From positions 1 to 40,263 of the IMG/VR virus record IMGVR_UViG_3300017745_000022: a stretch of DNA of 40,263 nucleotides; one strand, 5' to 3'. The position numbers and the translations under genes were made by a program. This document shows positions 16,929 to 28,000 of this stretch, piece by piece. Under the pieces are notes generated by a model. The model made no database searches. It had not been told where the DNA came from and was given only the letters and a program-made list of their open reading frames with translations. Position 1 is the stretch's first letter. Each line of letters opens with the position of its first letter. The DNA comes from a virus (taxonomy: Duplodnaviria > Caudoviricetes).

Positions 16929-18010
16929 CAGAAGTTTATTCCAGAAATTTGGGGGCTAAAATTAGCAAACCAAAATTAACCGAACATTTTTTTCCAGTAT
17001 TATCAAAGGATTATATTGTCCTTTCGTATGATAATATGTCAGAGTCACAACAATACGTTAACTGGCATATGGTGAATAAACTTTTATTGGATAGGTTGAA
17101 AGCACACAATATTGAAGCAATTCAAATATCTTATACAGAAAAAGATGGAATTACAGCAAAGCAAAAAAATTATTTAATAAAAAATGCAAAGCTGCTACTA
17201 GGTTCGTATTCACATTATACGGAAGTAGCTAATACTTACGACGTTCCATCTGTATGTTTATTAGCTAATGCCTATAAAAGCACGGTCCCAGATAACAAAA
17301 ACTGTCATTTAATATGTCCAGATTTTTCCAAAATCAAACCATGTTTTTCACATCAAGATCCACAAAAACTAATTAACACAATTAAGCCAGAAGATGTAGT
17401 CAACCTTGTCTTTGAAAAATTAAATCTTGATGACAGAGTTTTATTTAAAACTATTTATTGCGGAGATTCATTTAATAAAGATCAATTTGAAGTGATACCT
17501 AATTTCTTTGGGGTTCCTAACAAACAAATCAACCAACCAATAACGATCAGAGGAGATGTGCACTTTGACGAAGACTATATGGTTGAATGGTCTAGCCTAG
17601 GCCCTTGCGGAATAGTTACTAATCAAGTTTTAGATTTAGATAAGTTTTCGCAATTCAAAAACAATATTAAAAAACTTGTTTACAGAATAGAATCCTTAGA
17701 AAATGATGTGTCTGAATTTTTAAAAAATTTAAAAAATATAAATATCAGTGTTGTTTTAATAACAAAGAACAAAGATATTATTAGCGATTTAAGATTAAAG
17801 TATTTTGATTTTGACGTCTATTTAGAAAACTTACCAGATTTAAAATCATTAGTTACCGATAAGACAAAGTACGCATCAAATAAAATTGTTTTTTCAAAAA
17901 ATAATGTGTATGATACGATTTTTAACGCAAAAATGCTTGACAATTCTAATAATTTTGTATTAAATAAAGACTCACAAGAAGAAATACAAAATTTATATTT
18001 ATATGAGTAG
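16916..18010 (+). CDS. GT9 (heptosyltransferase-like) C-terminal-domain protein with an extra C-terminal region
   Basis: YIVL...W..V..LL...IQI...YLIKNAKLLLGSYSHYTEVANTYDVPSVCL...INTIKPEDV. Confidence 0.6.
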   Translation: MSNIAEVYSRNLGAKISKPKLTEHFFPVLSKDYIVLSYDNMSESQQYVNWHMVNKLLLDRLKAHNIEAIQISYTEKDGITAKQKNYLIKNAKLLLGSYSHYTEVANTYDVPSVCLLANAYKSTVPDNKNCHLICPDFSKIKPCFSHQDPQKLINTIKPEDVVNLVFEKLNLDDRVLFKTIYCGDSFNKDQFEVIPNFFGVPNKQINQPITIRGDVHFDEDYMVEWSSLGPCGIVTNQVLDLDKFSQFKNNIKKLVYRIESLENDVSEFLKNLKNINISVVLITKNKDIISDLRLKYFDFDVYLENLPDLKSLVTDKTKYASNKIVFSKNNVYDTIFNAKMLDNSNNFVLNKDSQEEIQNLYLYE

Positions 18011-18734
18011 TCCAGAAAAATTTAAAAGAAACGAACATGGTCTTCTAGAGTCAGTTGATTATGTTTTTAATGACGATGGTTCTGTAAATTGGAGAGCCAT
18101 GATTACACCAGAGCATCTTTATCCAAATAGAGATTGGTTTGAGCGTAGAAAAATGCCAGTTCCAAGTTCTATAGAAGGTCTTGATGATGGCCAACTTTTA
18201 ATAAAGTTGAGTGGAATTAAAGAGTTAGCTAAACTTCGTGGATTTCATAACGTAACTTATGACGTTACAGAATCTTCGGACAGTAGAGTTGTTGTTCAAT
18301 GTATGATTAATTGGCTTGAAAATTACGAAAGTAACGGAACACAAACTTTCGCTTCTATTGCCAATGCAACAACAAATAATACAAATGGTTTTGCGGCAAA
18401 ATTTTTAGAATGTATTGCTGAAAATCGTGCGTTTATTCGTTGTGTTCGTAATTTTCTAAATATCCATATTGTTGGTGCTGATGAAATAGATAGCTCTAAA
18501 GATAAAGCTCCAATCGAAACACCTACAGAATCAACCGATATTAGCCCTCAAGGCATCTTAGCTAAGAATCTTAAGGATAAGTTAGGTGTTAGTAATTTTG
18601 ACGGCTTTAAAGACTGGTTGCGTGCTTTATACTTAGATAAAAAGTATGAAGGTGATGCAGAGCAGGTTAAGTCTTGGACAAAGTTCAAAGACATTCCAGC
18701 TAAAGAATGTAGAAAACTACTTAAATTAATCTGA
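18003..18734 (+). CDS. Rad52/Sak-like single-strand annealing protein
   Basis: IKLSGIKELA..RG, three strands, then IAENRAFIRCVRNFLNI..VGADEI. Confidence 0.6.
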   Translation: MSSPEKFKRNEHGLLESVDYVFNDDGSVNWRAMITPEHLYPNRDWFERRKMPVPSSIEGLDDGQLLIKLSGIKELAKLRGFHNVTYDVTESSDSRVVVQCMINWLENYESNGTQTFASIANATTNNTNGFAAKFLECIAENRAFIRCVRNFLNIHIVGADEIDSSKDKAPIETPTESTDISPQGILAKNLKDKLGVSNFDGFKDWLRALYLDKKYEGDAEQVKSWTKFKDIPAKECRKLLKLI

Positions 18735-21700
18735 TAACTTACCTTTGTAAGTGGCAGTGTCTCTAAAATCTTCAGACGTTAGGTGAAAGTGTAATTCAAC
18801 CTCATCAGAATCTATAAACATATTTTTGGCGCTAAACTTACTATAGGTGTATTTATTTGATTTATAGTTTTGCTCTATCGCTACAAAATCATTCTCAGAT
18901 ACTCTGATAAATATATCTAGGTAAGATTCACTAGTTTCTAAATCTATTGGAATATCATATTTATTTCTTATATCAAATTCAAATTCTAAAGTTTTATTTG
19001 GAGATACGCCACTACCTACACCCATTCCGTTTTTTCTTTCATATGTTTTATCTAAGGAATTAGTTAAGTCTATATTTTTAATTATATCTTTTATATAAGT
19101 AATGTTAGCAAAAGGTACGTCAACTTTTAATACAACAGATTCTGAAGATTCTGGATTTTTTAATGAATTAACTTCTACCTTGTATGTTCCAGCATTTAAA
19201 TTTTTAATAGAATAAGCAGTTTGGTGACTACTGAAATCAGTCTTTCTAAATTCTTTTTGGTAATATGGCCCAGAAATCGTTTCGTTAATCGCTGTGACTC
19301 TGTATTTTGTTTCGTTACTAGATGGATTACCGAATATTGTACCAGCTAATGTATAAGAACCATTTGATTGTAAAGTTAAGGTTTCAGTAACTGTATTTGG
19401 TGCTAATGGTCTATTTACTTGATGATCCATAATACCAATATTATATTTTGTTTCAGCTGTGTCTAAATCGTTTGATTCTATTGTATCAAATTTACCAGAA
19501 TTATACTGTAACGCACTAATTTCATACAAATTGTCTTCTACTGGTGAAATATTTATAATTTTATAAAACTCATTTACATTATTTTTTAATTCAACACTAA
19601 AGGTTGACCCATGTGGTACTCCAGTGATATCATTATTTAAATCTAAATAAACTCTTAAAAAATGGTCTCTAGGAAATTCTTTTACACCACTAATCTTAAA
19701 TTCAGTAACTTGTTTTGTTTCCAAATTTCTCATTTCATCTATAGGAACAACACCATCATATTTGTTTTGTTCTGAACCAAAACTTTCAAGAAAATTATGA
19801 TTGTAAACATCGTAAAGATTTTTGATCTCATTTTGCTCTTTGTTATTGTAAGCGTATATATTTCCAATATCTTCAACTGTTGCTGTAAATAGAGTTTCTC
19901 CTTCAGTTGCCCTTTTGTCTGTTTTTATTGATTCAATATTTACCGAATTAGGTATGTCAAAATATGGTGTTACAGCTTGTGTGCCATCTCCAGTTTCTAT
20001 TTCTAGTATGTTTCCGTGATTAATTTCAAAGTTCTTTAAATCGTCATCAATTCTTACGATATCTCCTGGTGTTAAAAATGTAGATTCAACTCCAGCTTGA
20101 AATGTCACCATTTCAGTTTCTAATTTATTACTTAACAATAAATATTTTCCTAAACGTTTGGCTTGAGATTTTGATGTGCAACCAATACCATTAGATTTAT
20201 GTATTATAATTCCATGGTTTCTAATCGATTCCTCATCTTCAATGTATTCAATTTTTTGATTGTAATTATCTTTTGCATCTGCATATGTAACTTCGACACG
20301 ATTAAATCTCGCGTTAGCTAAAATATCTCCATAATTAAATATCCCATCAAACACGTTACTGTTATTAAAGAAACCATTTATTTCTTTAGGTTTATCAACA
20401 GCAAATGTTAAAGAAGCTCCATCCCAATATGACATGCCTCTAAAAATACTAGCTATGTTAGATAAAACATTATATGCATTTTGTGAATTGGTAAGCATTA
20501 AGTTAGCCGCAAATCTAGGTTCTAATCCACCTTGAGAATCTGGGACACCGTCAAAAAATCCTTCGTCATCAACAGTATCAGCATATCTAGCTGAATCATA
20601 TAATTTAAATATATTTATATCCTGTCTGTCATCTAATCTATTACCAATTCCATATATCGGATTGACCATTAAGTCGTAGAGTATCCATGCTGGATTGTCA
20701 GTCCAAGCTAATTTAAAATTTCCATCCCACTCACCTATGTATACTTGCTCTCTATTTTTGCCAAAAGCAAATGAAGCATCAGTTACTAAATTACTTGAAT
20801 TTGAAGGGTCTATAGTGGTGCCTTTAAATACTCCATGTGCTCCCGCAAACCTATCTCTAAATACATAGTTGTTTGTTGTTGATTCAATAACTGTACCATC
20901 GTAATGATGTAACAATTGATTATTTTTTTTGATTTTTACGTCGGCAATCATAACACCGTTTTGCACCTTGTTTGTACCACCCCTTATAGAACCTATTTCA
21001 ACAAAATTATTAGATGTGTTGTCCATGTTCATAGCTCTTCCAGATCTTGATGCTATTGCTACTTTATTATTTTCTGCATCTGAATTTTTACTCTCTATAA
21101 GTTGACCTGATGAATCATAAACATTTAACTCTCCAATAATATGAGATTGGGTAACCTTCATTTTAATTTCGTAAACATTACCTAAATCAGTAATTCTGTT
21201 AGCTATAGAATCAAAATTTATACTGCCTAATCCATGATATATCAATCTGAATTGTTTCGTAGCTTGAGTGTATGATATTTCAATTCTTTTTGTATTTGAA
21301 GAGGTCGCACTTAAGTAAACTCTAATTCCATTAGTAGTTAAAACACTATTATTAAATTTAGTTTTTAAAGAAAATTCACAATTGTCTGTACCAATGATTA
21401 CTTTGTTAGGTACCTGTATAAATTGCCCACCCTTAAATTTAAATATATTTCTTCTTCCATAAGCGTTAGCATTATCAACTATTCTTTTGTCAGACCCATC
21501 ACCCCTAAGAGGAGAATAATTAGTTGGCACTAAAACCTTTTTCAATCTACATTGGAAACTTCTAGATGGTAGAGAATTAAATGCCCTTGCATCAAAAATA
21601 CATTTAGATAAAGCAGACAAAGGATAAGTATAATCATCATTTAATTTCTCCGTTACATAATTTAAATAACAAACATCACTTTTTAAGACAGAATCTGTTT

Positions 21701-24602
21701 CTCTTGTAGTTTTACTTATAGTTACCAATCGTTTTAAATTTTTCCAACTATCTCCAGGAAATAATTTGTCTCCCTTATTGCCTAAATTAAATTCGGTTAT
21801 TAAATTATCCTCTAATCCAAGAATGCTATTTGAGTCTAAAGTAAAATTCTTTAATTGTTTATTTTGTGGTATAGTAATGTTTATAGTCTTATTGTATGCG
21901 GAAGTGGAAATTCCCCTGAAAGAAAAAGTTCTACTTCTACTAAAGTTTTCTAAAATATACTGCTGTAATGTTATTCCAGCTTCTAAAGCTTCTCTTAAAT
22001 TTGCATATCTAGTTATAAACCTGCTGACGTCCAAAGATCCTGGATTTATACTAACAATTGGATCGCTAATAAACCAACCATCTTCAGGTCTTGCATTTAC
22101 TTCTTTTGTTACGCCAAACAATAATCCATTACTAATACCATGTTCTCCCGCTGCAACCGCCTCTATAAAGTTGGCGTACCCCCCAGCTAAAATACTTACA
22201 TTTTGCTGATATATCAAGGTTGTAATACTTTTAGCGGTTCGTGAATCAGAAGGATATTCAATAAGCGTACTTGTACCATCGCCATTACTCCTATCTTGCT
22301 TAGCATAATTTTGAAATATTTTTTTTGTGGTATCAGTTTCTGGTACAACACTATATAAATCTTGTAAATCACTCCCTCTCGTGCTCAAAGAGAAAGCCTC
22401 AAATTGAAAAATATTTCCATAGGTTACATCTTGCATGCCTCCCAATTTTGTTCCAAAATTAGCTTGCGCTCTATTATCATATCTCTGTCTAACTCTACCA
22501 GCAATAAGGGACTCGTCTTTGGGCCTATACACACCAGCATCAACAGTATCTTGACCAGCTGGACCTTCTCCGTAATCCCTATATCTCCATTCAACTATTG
22601 ATAAAAATCTAGCTCCTACATGAGAGTCGGATGCAATACCGAACGGCTTTAAAGAGTTGCCTTTACCAACAAGATGATATTGTCGAGTACTTACGTCTTG
22701 TAAAAAAATAGCTCTTTCACCTACTCCATTATAAGCTATACTCCCTGCTGTACCTTCTGCTAAATCCACTTGACCTATGGTTATTTTATACATAGGATTA
22801 TTTTGATCAGACATCCAAGTTATATCCCCTTCAACGGGTTGACTGGTTGTATGGTGATCGGTAATTGGACCAGATCCATCTGGTGGCCTAAATGCAAAAA
22901 AAGAACTAGGCTGGTTTTTAAAGTAACTAACTTGTGTTGGCATTTGTACATCCGTGCCTCTTAAAATATCATCAGACTCTTTATGAGTAGGATGTCTAAA
23001 ACCAGAAATTGTTAAATAATCTGCATGATTTGGATCAGTTTCAGGCGAAACTTGAACTATAAGAGCATCAAGTATTTCTATAAATGGATATTGTTGTTCC
23101 AAAACACTAATCTCTATGCCACCAATATAATTAGTACTAATATTATCTACTAAATTATCTACGGTTTCATATTTTGTTTCGATTCGAAATCCAACATCAT
23201 TTTCAATTCTCCTTCCAGCATCGTCTCCATCAGCCACCGTATCAAATAAACTATTTATTGAAATTGTCACTGAAACTGATTCAACATTCCAATCATCTAC
23301 AGCATGAGTTAAACTATAAGTATTGTGATTCCTTGGTTTATTAGCGTTCCAATCAGCAAAATCACCTAACCCTCTTATGTCTTTGTTTAAATCGGCATTA
23401 AAAGAGCCCAATAATCTTCTTGAGTAACTTATATCTCTACTTTGATTTAAGTTTAAAGGGGCCTGTTCTTCGTAACCATTTCTAAAATCAAAATCTATAT
23501 TATTATAATTATATGTACCTTCAATGTCATTGTTGAATGCAATTTTAATTGGAGCTTCGTTAATTTTACCTATTTCTGGATCTTTTTGATTTTTACTGGC
23601 TCTGTGTATAGCTAATCTACCAGCAGTGCCAGATCGAGTAAAAACATCATAACCTCCATCAATACCATTTTGAATTTTTGTGTTAAAACTAGAGTCGCCA
23701 AGTGGTACAAAAAATTTACCAGTGTCAAAAGCGCTCCCGTTTAATCTAGTGTTATTTCCTATATAGAAAAACATAACACCACCACCAACAAAGTCACTTA
23801 TTCTATATTTATTTCCTGCTTGATTACCAGTTAATGAACCAGAATTTGCGATGTTATTATAATTTGTCGCAGAATTAAATTTTGGCACAACAAAAAATAA
23901 ACTCTTAGGTACGTTAATTGTATCACCATTTTCTAGTTCTATACTTCTTTCTTCAATACCATTATGAAAATATGTATCAAAAGATATTAAACTTGTGATC
24001 GTACTCAATGATCCATTAACTTCTCTTCTAAAAAAGTGTCCATCATTTTCATCAAAAAGATTTTCTGTTGTAAATTGTATAAAACCAAAATTCTTTGTTT
24101 GTGGATTTGAATCTATGTAATTTTCTAATTCTGTTAATACTGTATCAATTTCAGATTGTTTACTTGCATATAAAGTATCATTACCAGGATGCCCAACAGT
24201 AGAAGTTGTTACTGCATTACCCAAATTAGTTCTTATTTGATTGAGAGCTGTTCTTATATTTGTTGACGTAAGTTCGTGTATATTTTGTATATTTGAGTGG
24301 GGCAAAAATTTTTGATGCACACTAGATATGGTTCCGTCTGTGTTACGCAGATCTCCAGTATTTATTTCTTTTATAGGTACATCGTCTAAATATATCGCTT
24401 CTAAAAATTTATAATCTTTAGCTCTCCTACCATCTAAAGTTACTAATCCGTCAATTGGACCCTCGCTTATTAGATCGATTACAGAAACAGATTGGGAAGA
24501 CTGTAAATTTTCAGTTCTTGCTGGCGGTTTCAATCCAACATGACCTAAAATAGGTATTTCTTTGCCCAATTTGGTTTTATAATATTCCTTACGATCCGCC
24601 AT
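18726..24602 (-). CDS. tail tip / host-specificity protein J (paralogue 2)
   Basis: DLISEGPIDGLV, VPTNY, WDGNFKLAWTDNPAW, EPRF, GCTSKSQAKRLGKY, PGD, YEISALQY, terminal FN3-like domain. Confidence 0.9.
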   Translation of the reverse strand: MADRKEYYKTKLGKEIPILGHVGLKPPARTENLQSSQSVSVIDLISEGPIDGLVTLDGRRAKDYKFLEAIYLDDVPIKEINTGDLRNTDGTISSVHQKFLPHSNIQNIHELTSTNIRTALNQIRTNLGNAVTTSTVGHPGNDTLYASKQSEIDTVLTELENYIDSNPQTKNFGFIQFTTENLFDENDGHFFRREVNGSLSTITSLISFDTYFHNGIEERSIELENGDTINVPKSLFFVVPKFNSATNYNNIANSGSLTGNQAGNKYRISDFVGGGVMFFYIGNNTRLNGSAFDTGKFFVPLGDSSFNTKIQNGIDGGYDVFTRSGTAGRLAIHRASKNQKDPEIGKINEAPIKIAFNNDIEGTYNYNNIDFDFRNGYEEQAPLNLNQSRDISYSRRLLGSFNADLNKDIRGLGDFADWNANKPRNHNTYSLTHAVDDWNVESVSVTISINSLFDTVADGDDAGRRIENDVGFRIETKYETVDNLVDNISTNYIGGIEISVLEQQYPFIEILDALIVQVSPETDPNHADYLTISGFRHPTHKESDDILRGTDVQMPTQVSYFKNQPSSFFAFRPPDGSGPITDHHTTSQPVEGDITWMSDQNNPMYKITIGQVDLAEGTAGSIAYNGVGERAIFLQDVSTRQYHLVGKGNSLKPFGIASDSHVGARFLSIVEWRYRDYGEGPAGQDTVDAGVYRPKDESLIAGRVRQRYDNRAQANFGTKLGGMQDVTYGNIFQFEAFSLSTRGSDLQDLYSVVPETDTTKKIFQNYAKQDRSNGDGTSTLIEYPSDSRTAKSITTLIYQQNVSILAGGYANFIEAVAAGEHGISNGLLFGVTKEVNARPEDGWFISDPIVSINPGSLDVSRFITRYANLREALEAGITLQQYILENFSRSRTFSFRGISTSAYNKTINITIPQNKQLKNFTLDSNSILGLEDNLITEFNLGNKGDKLFPGDSWKNLKRLVTISKTTRETDSVLKSDVCYLNYVTEKLNDDYTYPLSALSKCIFDARAFNSLPSRSFQCRLKKVLVPTNYSPLRGDGSDKRIVDNANAYGRRNIFKFKGGQFIQVPNKVIIGTDNCEFSLKTKFNNSVLTTNGIRVYLSATSSNTKRIEISYTQATKQFRLIYHGLGSINFDSIANRITDLGNVYEIKMKVTQSHIIGELNVYDSSGQLIESKNSDAENNKVAIASRSGRAMNMDNTSNNFVEIGSIRGGTNKVQNGVMIADVKIKKNNQLLHHYDGTVIESTTNNYVFRDRFAGAHGVFKGTTIDPSNSSNLVTDASFAFGKNREQVYIGEWDGNFKLAWTDNPAWILYDLMVNPIYGIGNRLDDRQDINIFKLYDSARYADTVDDEGFFDGVPDSQGGLEPRFAANLMLTNSQNAYNVLSNIASIFRGMSYWDGASLTFAVDKPKEINGFFNNSNVFDGIFNYGDILANARFNRVEVTYADAKDNYNQKIEYIEDEESIRNHGIIIHKSNGIGCTSKSQAKRLGKYLLLSNKLETEMVTFQAGVESTFLTPGDIVRIDDDLKNFEINHGNILEIETGDGTQAVTPYFDIPNSVNIESIKTDKRATEGETLFTATVEDIGNIYAYNNKEQNEIKNLYDVYNHNFLESFGSEQNKYDGVVPIDEMRNLETKQVTEFKISGVKEFPRDHFLRVYLDLNNDITGVPHGSTFSVELKNNVNEFYKIINISPVEDNLYEISALQYNSGKFDTIESNDLDTAETKYNIGIMDHQVNRPLAPNTVTETLTLQSNGSYTLAGTIFGNPSSNETKYRVTAINETISGPYYQKEFRKTDFSSHQTAYSIKNLNAGTYKVEVNSLKNPESSESVVLKVDVPFANITYIKDIIKNIDLTNSLDKTYERKNGMGVGSGVSPNKTLEFEFDIRNKYDIPIDLETSESYLDIFIRVSENDFVAIEQNYKSNKYTYSKFSAKNMFIDSDEVELHFHLTSEDFRDTATYKGKLSD

Positions 24603-24616
24603 ATTACTATTTACAC
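24603..24616 (-). promoter_or_regulatory. GTGTAA-N8-ATG motif upstream of J2
   Basis: Minus strand reads GTGTAA ATAGTAAT ATG. Confidence 0.65.
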
Positions 24617-25029
24617 ATTTTGACTTTTATTTTCATATGATCTTTGATAATACCTCTTATTTTCAAAAAAACATGTATTCCAAAATTTTTTATATTTTTT
24701 TTAAAAATATTTTGAATTTGTTCCTTTTTTAGGTTCAATTCTAAGGTATTATCATCAAGTATTTCGTGATGCAACTCCTTAAAGTCAGTATCAAAAAATT
24801 GAAAATCTAAACACAAATCTTTATTTTTTTCTTGAAATTTGTCGTAATTTGCGGCTTTATTTACTAAAAAGTTAAAACTCAAGGTACAATAATCTTGCAT
24901 CGAAACCTCACATACTCTAAAATTTGAACTTTGTACAATCCAAGCGTCGACAGATATTAAATTTGAAAAAGATAATTTTTCCATCAAATTTGGTTTAATA
25001 GATATTGTTTTTCTTAACATATTACTCAA
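24607..25029 (-). CDS. hypothetical protein between the two J genes
   Basis: 140-aa ORF overlapping the J1 stop. Confidence 0.6.
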   Translation of the reverse strand: MSNMLRKTISIKPNLMEKLSFSNLISVDAWIVQSSNFRVCEVSMQDYCTLSFNFLVNKAANYDKFQEKNKDLCLDFQFFDTDFKELHHEILDDNTLELNLKKEQIQNIFKKNIKNFGIHVFLKIRGIIKDHMKIKVKMCK

Positions 25030-28000
25030 TAATTGATTTTACCGTTACTTCATAATCACCATAACTTTCTATATTTCTAAAAGTAAATGACGACCTATAC
25101 TTTGAGTTTGATATGGAACCCTTTAAAACTTTCTTTTCTCTAACACTAATTGGAGATTTAGAAATAAGTTGTACAATATAATGCGTCTCTGTTCCAGACA
25201 AACTACCAACTATATCAACTTCCAAATCTCTAATTCCTGCGCTATTTTGTACAAGATTAGTTGTAAAAGAATCTGGTTCGGTTGCTGTCTTCACCACATG
25301 CGAAGGCTCTCCTATATTCTTTTTGGTCGTATCTTCAAAACCAAAATTATCACCATCTTGAGTTTCAATGAGATTATATTTTTCTTGTCTGTATTCTGTT
25401 GCCCTTATAGCATACAAGTTTGATTCCTTTGGTTCGATTGACAAAACTCTATACTTTAATGGTTCTGAATCATTTAAATTAGTTCCAACATAAGAACCAA
25501 CATGTAAATCTTTCGCATTAAAAGTAGCAGAGTGAGTAACCAAATAATGATCACCTTGATCAGTTATAATTAAGACTGGAACTTCATCACCAATATTTAC
25601 TTTATATTGAGATTCAGCTACCTGGCCAAAATTTGATTCACCAAATTTTATAGATTCCACAGTTTCTTTTAAACCTTTATCTGTTTGATTTGTGTTGTAT
25701 ACAAACAACGGATTTGAAGTGCTCCATTTTGTTAAATCGAAATCTTTGCTTATTCTGAAGTTTGTGTCGTTTACGATTTCTATAACTTGAGCAAAAGCTG
25801 GTTCAAATTCTTTTATTTCATCATTAATTTGTATCACATCTCCAATTCCCATAGTTAAAGCTTCTGGGCCAGTTGCAAAGTTAACTATTTCTGTTTCTAA
25901 CTTATTAGAAAGCATAACATATTTAGCCTTCCTTAACGCTTGACCTCTTGAAGTAGCTCCTGGTGCCGATATAGTTGTTGAAATTGGACCATTTAACCTT
26001 AAAGCTTCTTCATCGGACACGCTTGCAATTTTATACATGAATTTATCTTTTTTATCTTTATATTCAACTTTAATTAAATTAAAATGTGAAACATTAGCTG
26101 TATCTTCATAATTGAATAATCCATCTTCTACATTTTCATTGTTGAAAAAAGCTGCAACTGGTTCTGGTTTATCACAATAAAAATTAACAGCCTCTCCATC
26201 CCAGTAACACTTACCATTAAAAACAGATGCTACATCATTGATCATATTGTATGGATTTTGACTTGAATTAAAAAGAACGTTACAAGAAAATCTTGGTTCA
26301 AGACCATTTTCACCATCTGGTACACCAACAAAGTTTCCATTGTTATCGACTGCATCACAATATTTTGCAATTTTATATAAATTAAATACATCTATATCTT
26401 CGACTGAATCGAGTCTATTACCTATTCCATATACTTTATTTATCAATAAATCATATATTATCCATGCTGGGTTATCTGTCCACCCTTGTTTAAATGTTCC
26501 GTCCCAATCTCCGTTGTAAATATTTTGTAAACCTACTGTTGTTTTTTCAGTGTTAGTTAAAAACCTTTTATCTTTTCCGTTATCTAGTAATGGGAAATAG
26601 TTTGAAGGCACCAAAACTTTTTTTAGTCTCATAGTGTAAGTTCTTACTGGTATACTTGAATAATTTCTTGAATCGAATCTAATTTTTATTATTGATGAAT
26701 TTGGATATGTGAATTTTTCTTCAACAATTTCATTCATGTGTGACACTCGAATACTTTTTTGTATAAAAGGAGAATCAGTTTCGTAACTAAGTTTTTTAAC
26801 CTTTACATAACGCGGGCATTTTTCAATCACTTGTTGTTTTGTTAAATCTGGAAATTGATTTACAATTTCATTGTATTTGGGTAAATCATATGGAGCTGTG
26901 TCAACACTATAGCCGTCTGTAACTCTACCGACATATGTTTTGTCCTGAATTATGGGTGTGTAATTTACATTTTCAAAACCAATTTCTATTCTTACAGCTA
27001 AGGACTCACTGGTTTCTACAGCTCGAAATTGAAATGGGTTAAGCTCTTCTGCCACATTTCTATTCAAAGCGTTGATTAAAAAACATACTTGAATCTTAGA
27101 AACATATGGATTATGTATAATATGTTTAACTATATTGCCATCAGCACCTGCTCGTTGATTTTCTTGGTTTGTAAAATCAACTCCATCTATAAAGTGTTTA
27201 CTTTGGTTTCCTTGATAAGCTCCAACAGAAAGCGTACCAGAAAGTATCCCAGTTTGTTGTAAATCAGTTCTTATTTGTTCATTAGTTCCAACTGGCCCGA
27301 GCAACAGTGTACTTATACTTACTGAATTTAAAACTTCACTTTCTAACGGCAGTTGTGTTTCTGATCCATCTCTATATTTAATTGATAAATTATCAAAATT
27401 ATATTTCGCCCTTAAACTTGTTTTTCTTGAAACATTTATATATTTTCCATTCATAACAGCTGGTGTATGACTTGCATATGGATTAGCAGCATTACCATAT
27501 TTGAAACCAAAGCTGTCTGTAACAATCACATCATAATTTCCATTAACACCTTGTAGTATTTTAATATTTTTGTCTGGATCATTAGCTTGCACTAAAACTT
27601 TGTCCATATCCACTTCACCATTAGGTTTTCTAGCTTCTCCATTTGGTCCTAAATAAATAGGATAAGCAAATGAACCTACATATCTATTCGAATCCATATC
27701 GTAAATTTGCACACCATGCGGCTGCGATGTTTGTGATATATTTCTTAAGTTATAATTATAGTCAACTGAATTTGATGTTTCAGTTGAAATATAATAGGGA
27801 TTTCTAGTGATGGCAGCAAGTGCCAGCTGTACTTCATAAGGTATTGTATCGGTTGGCTCTGTTGCTTGAAATGTGTAACTGTTTGCATTACGTGTTTGAG
27901 TAAAGGTAAAAAATTCTCCTCTTTTTCTCAAAAAAGATGATCTATAATAATCAGCATCTGTCCTAGCATCACCATTTACTCTTAGTCTGTTTCCATAAAA

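Noticed and set aside
17937-17965. TTGACA upstream of the Rad52-like gene
   Set aside because: No acceptable -10 box at 16-18 bp.
18789-18794. Intragenic GTGTAA copies (also 33735 and 40140)
   Set aside because: Not positioned before a start codon; a 6-mer is expected by chance several times in 40 kb.
21766-22964. Plus-strand ORFs inside J2, and similar antisense ORFs throughout the track
   Set aside because: Shadow frames of long genuine genes with no recognisable motifs.
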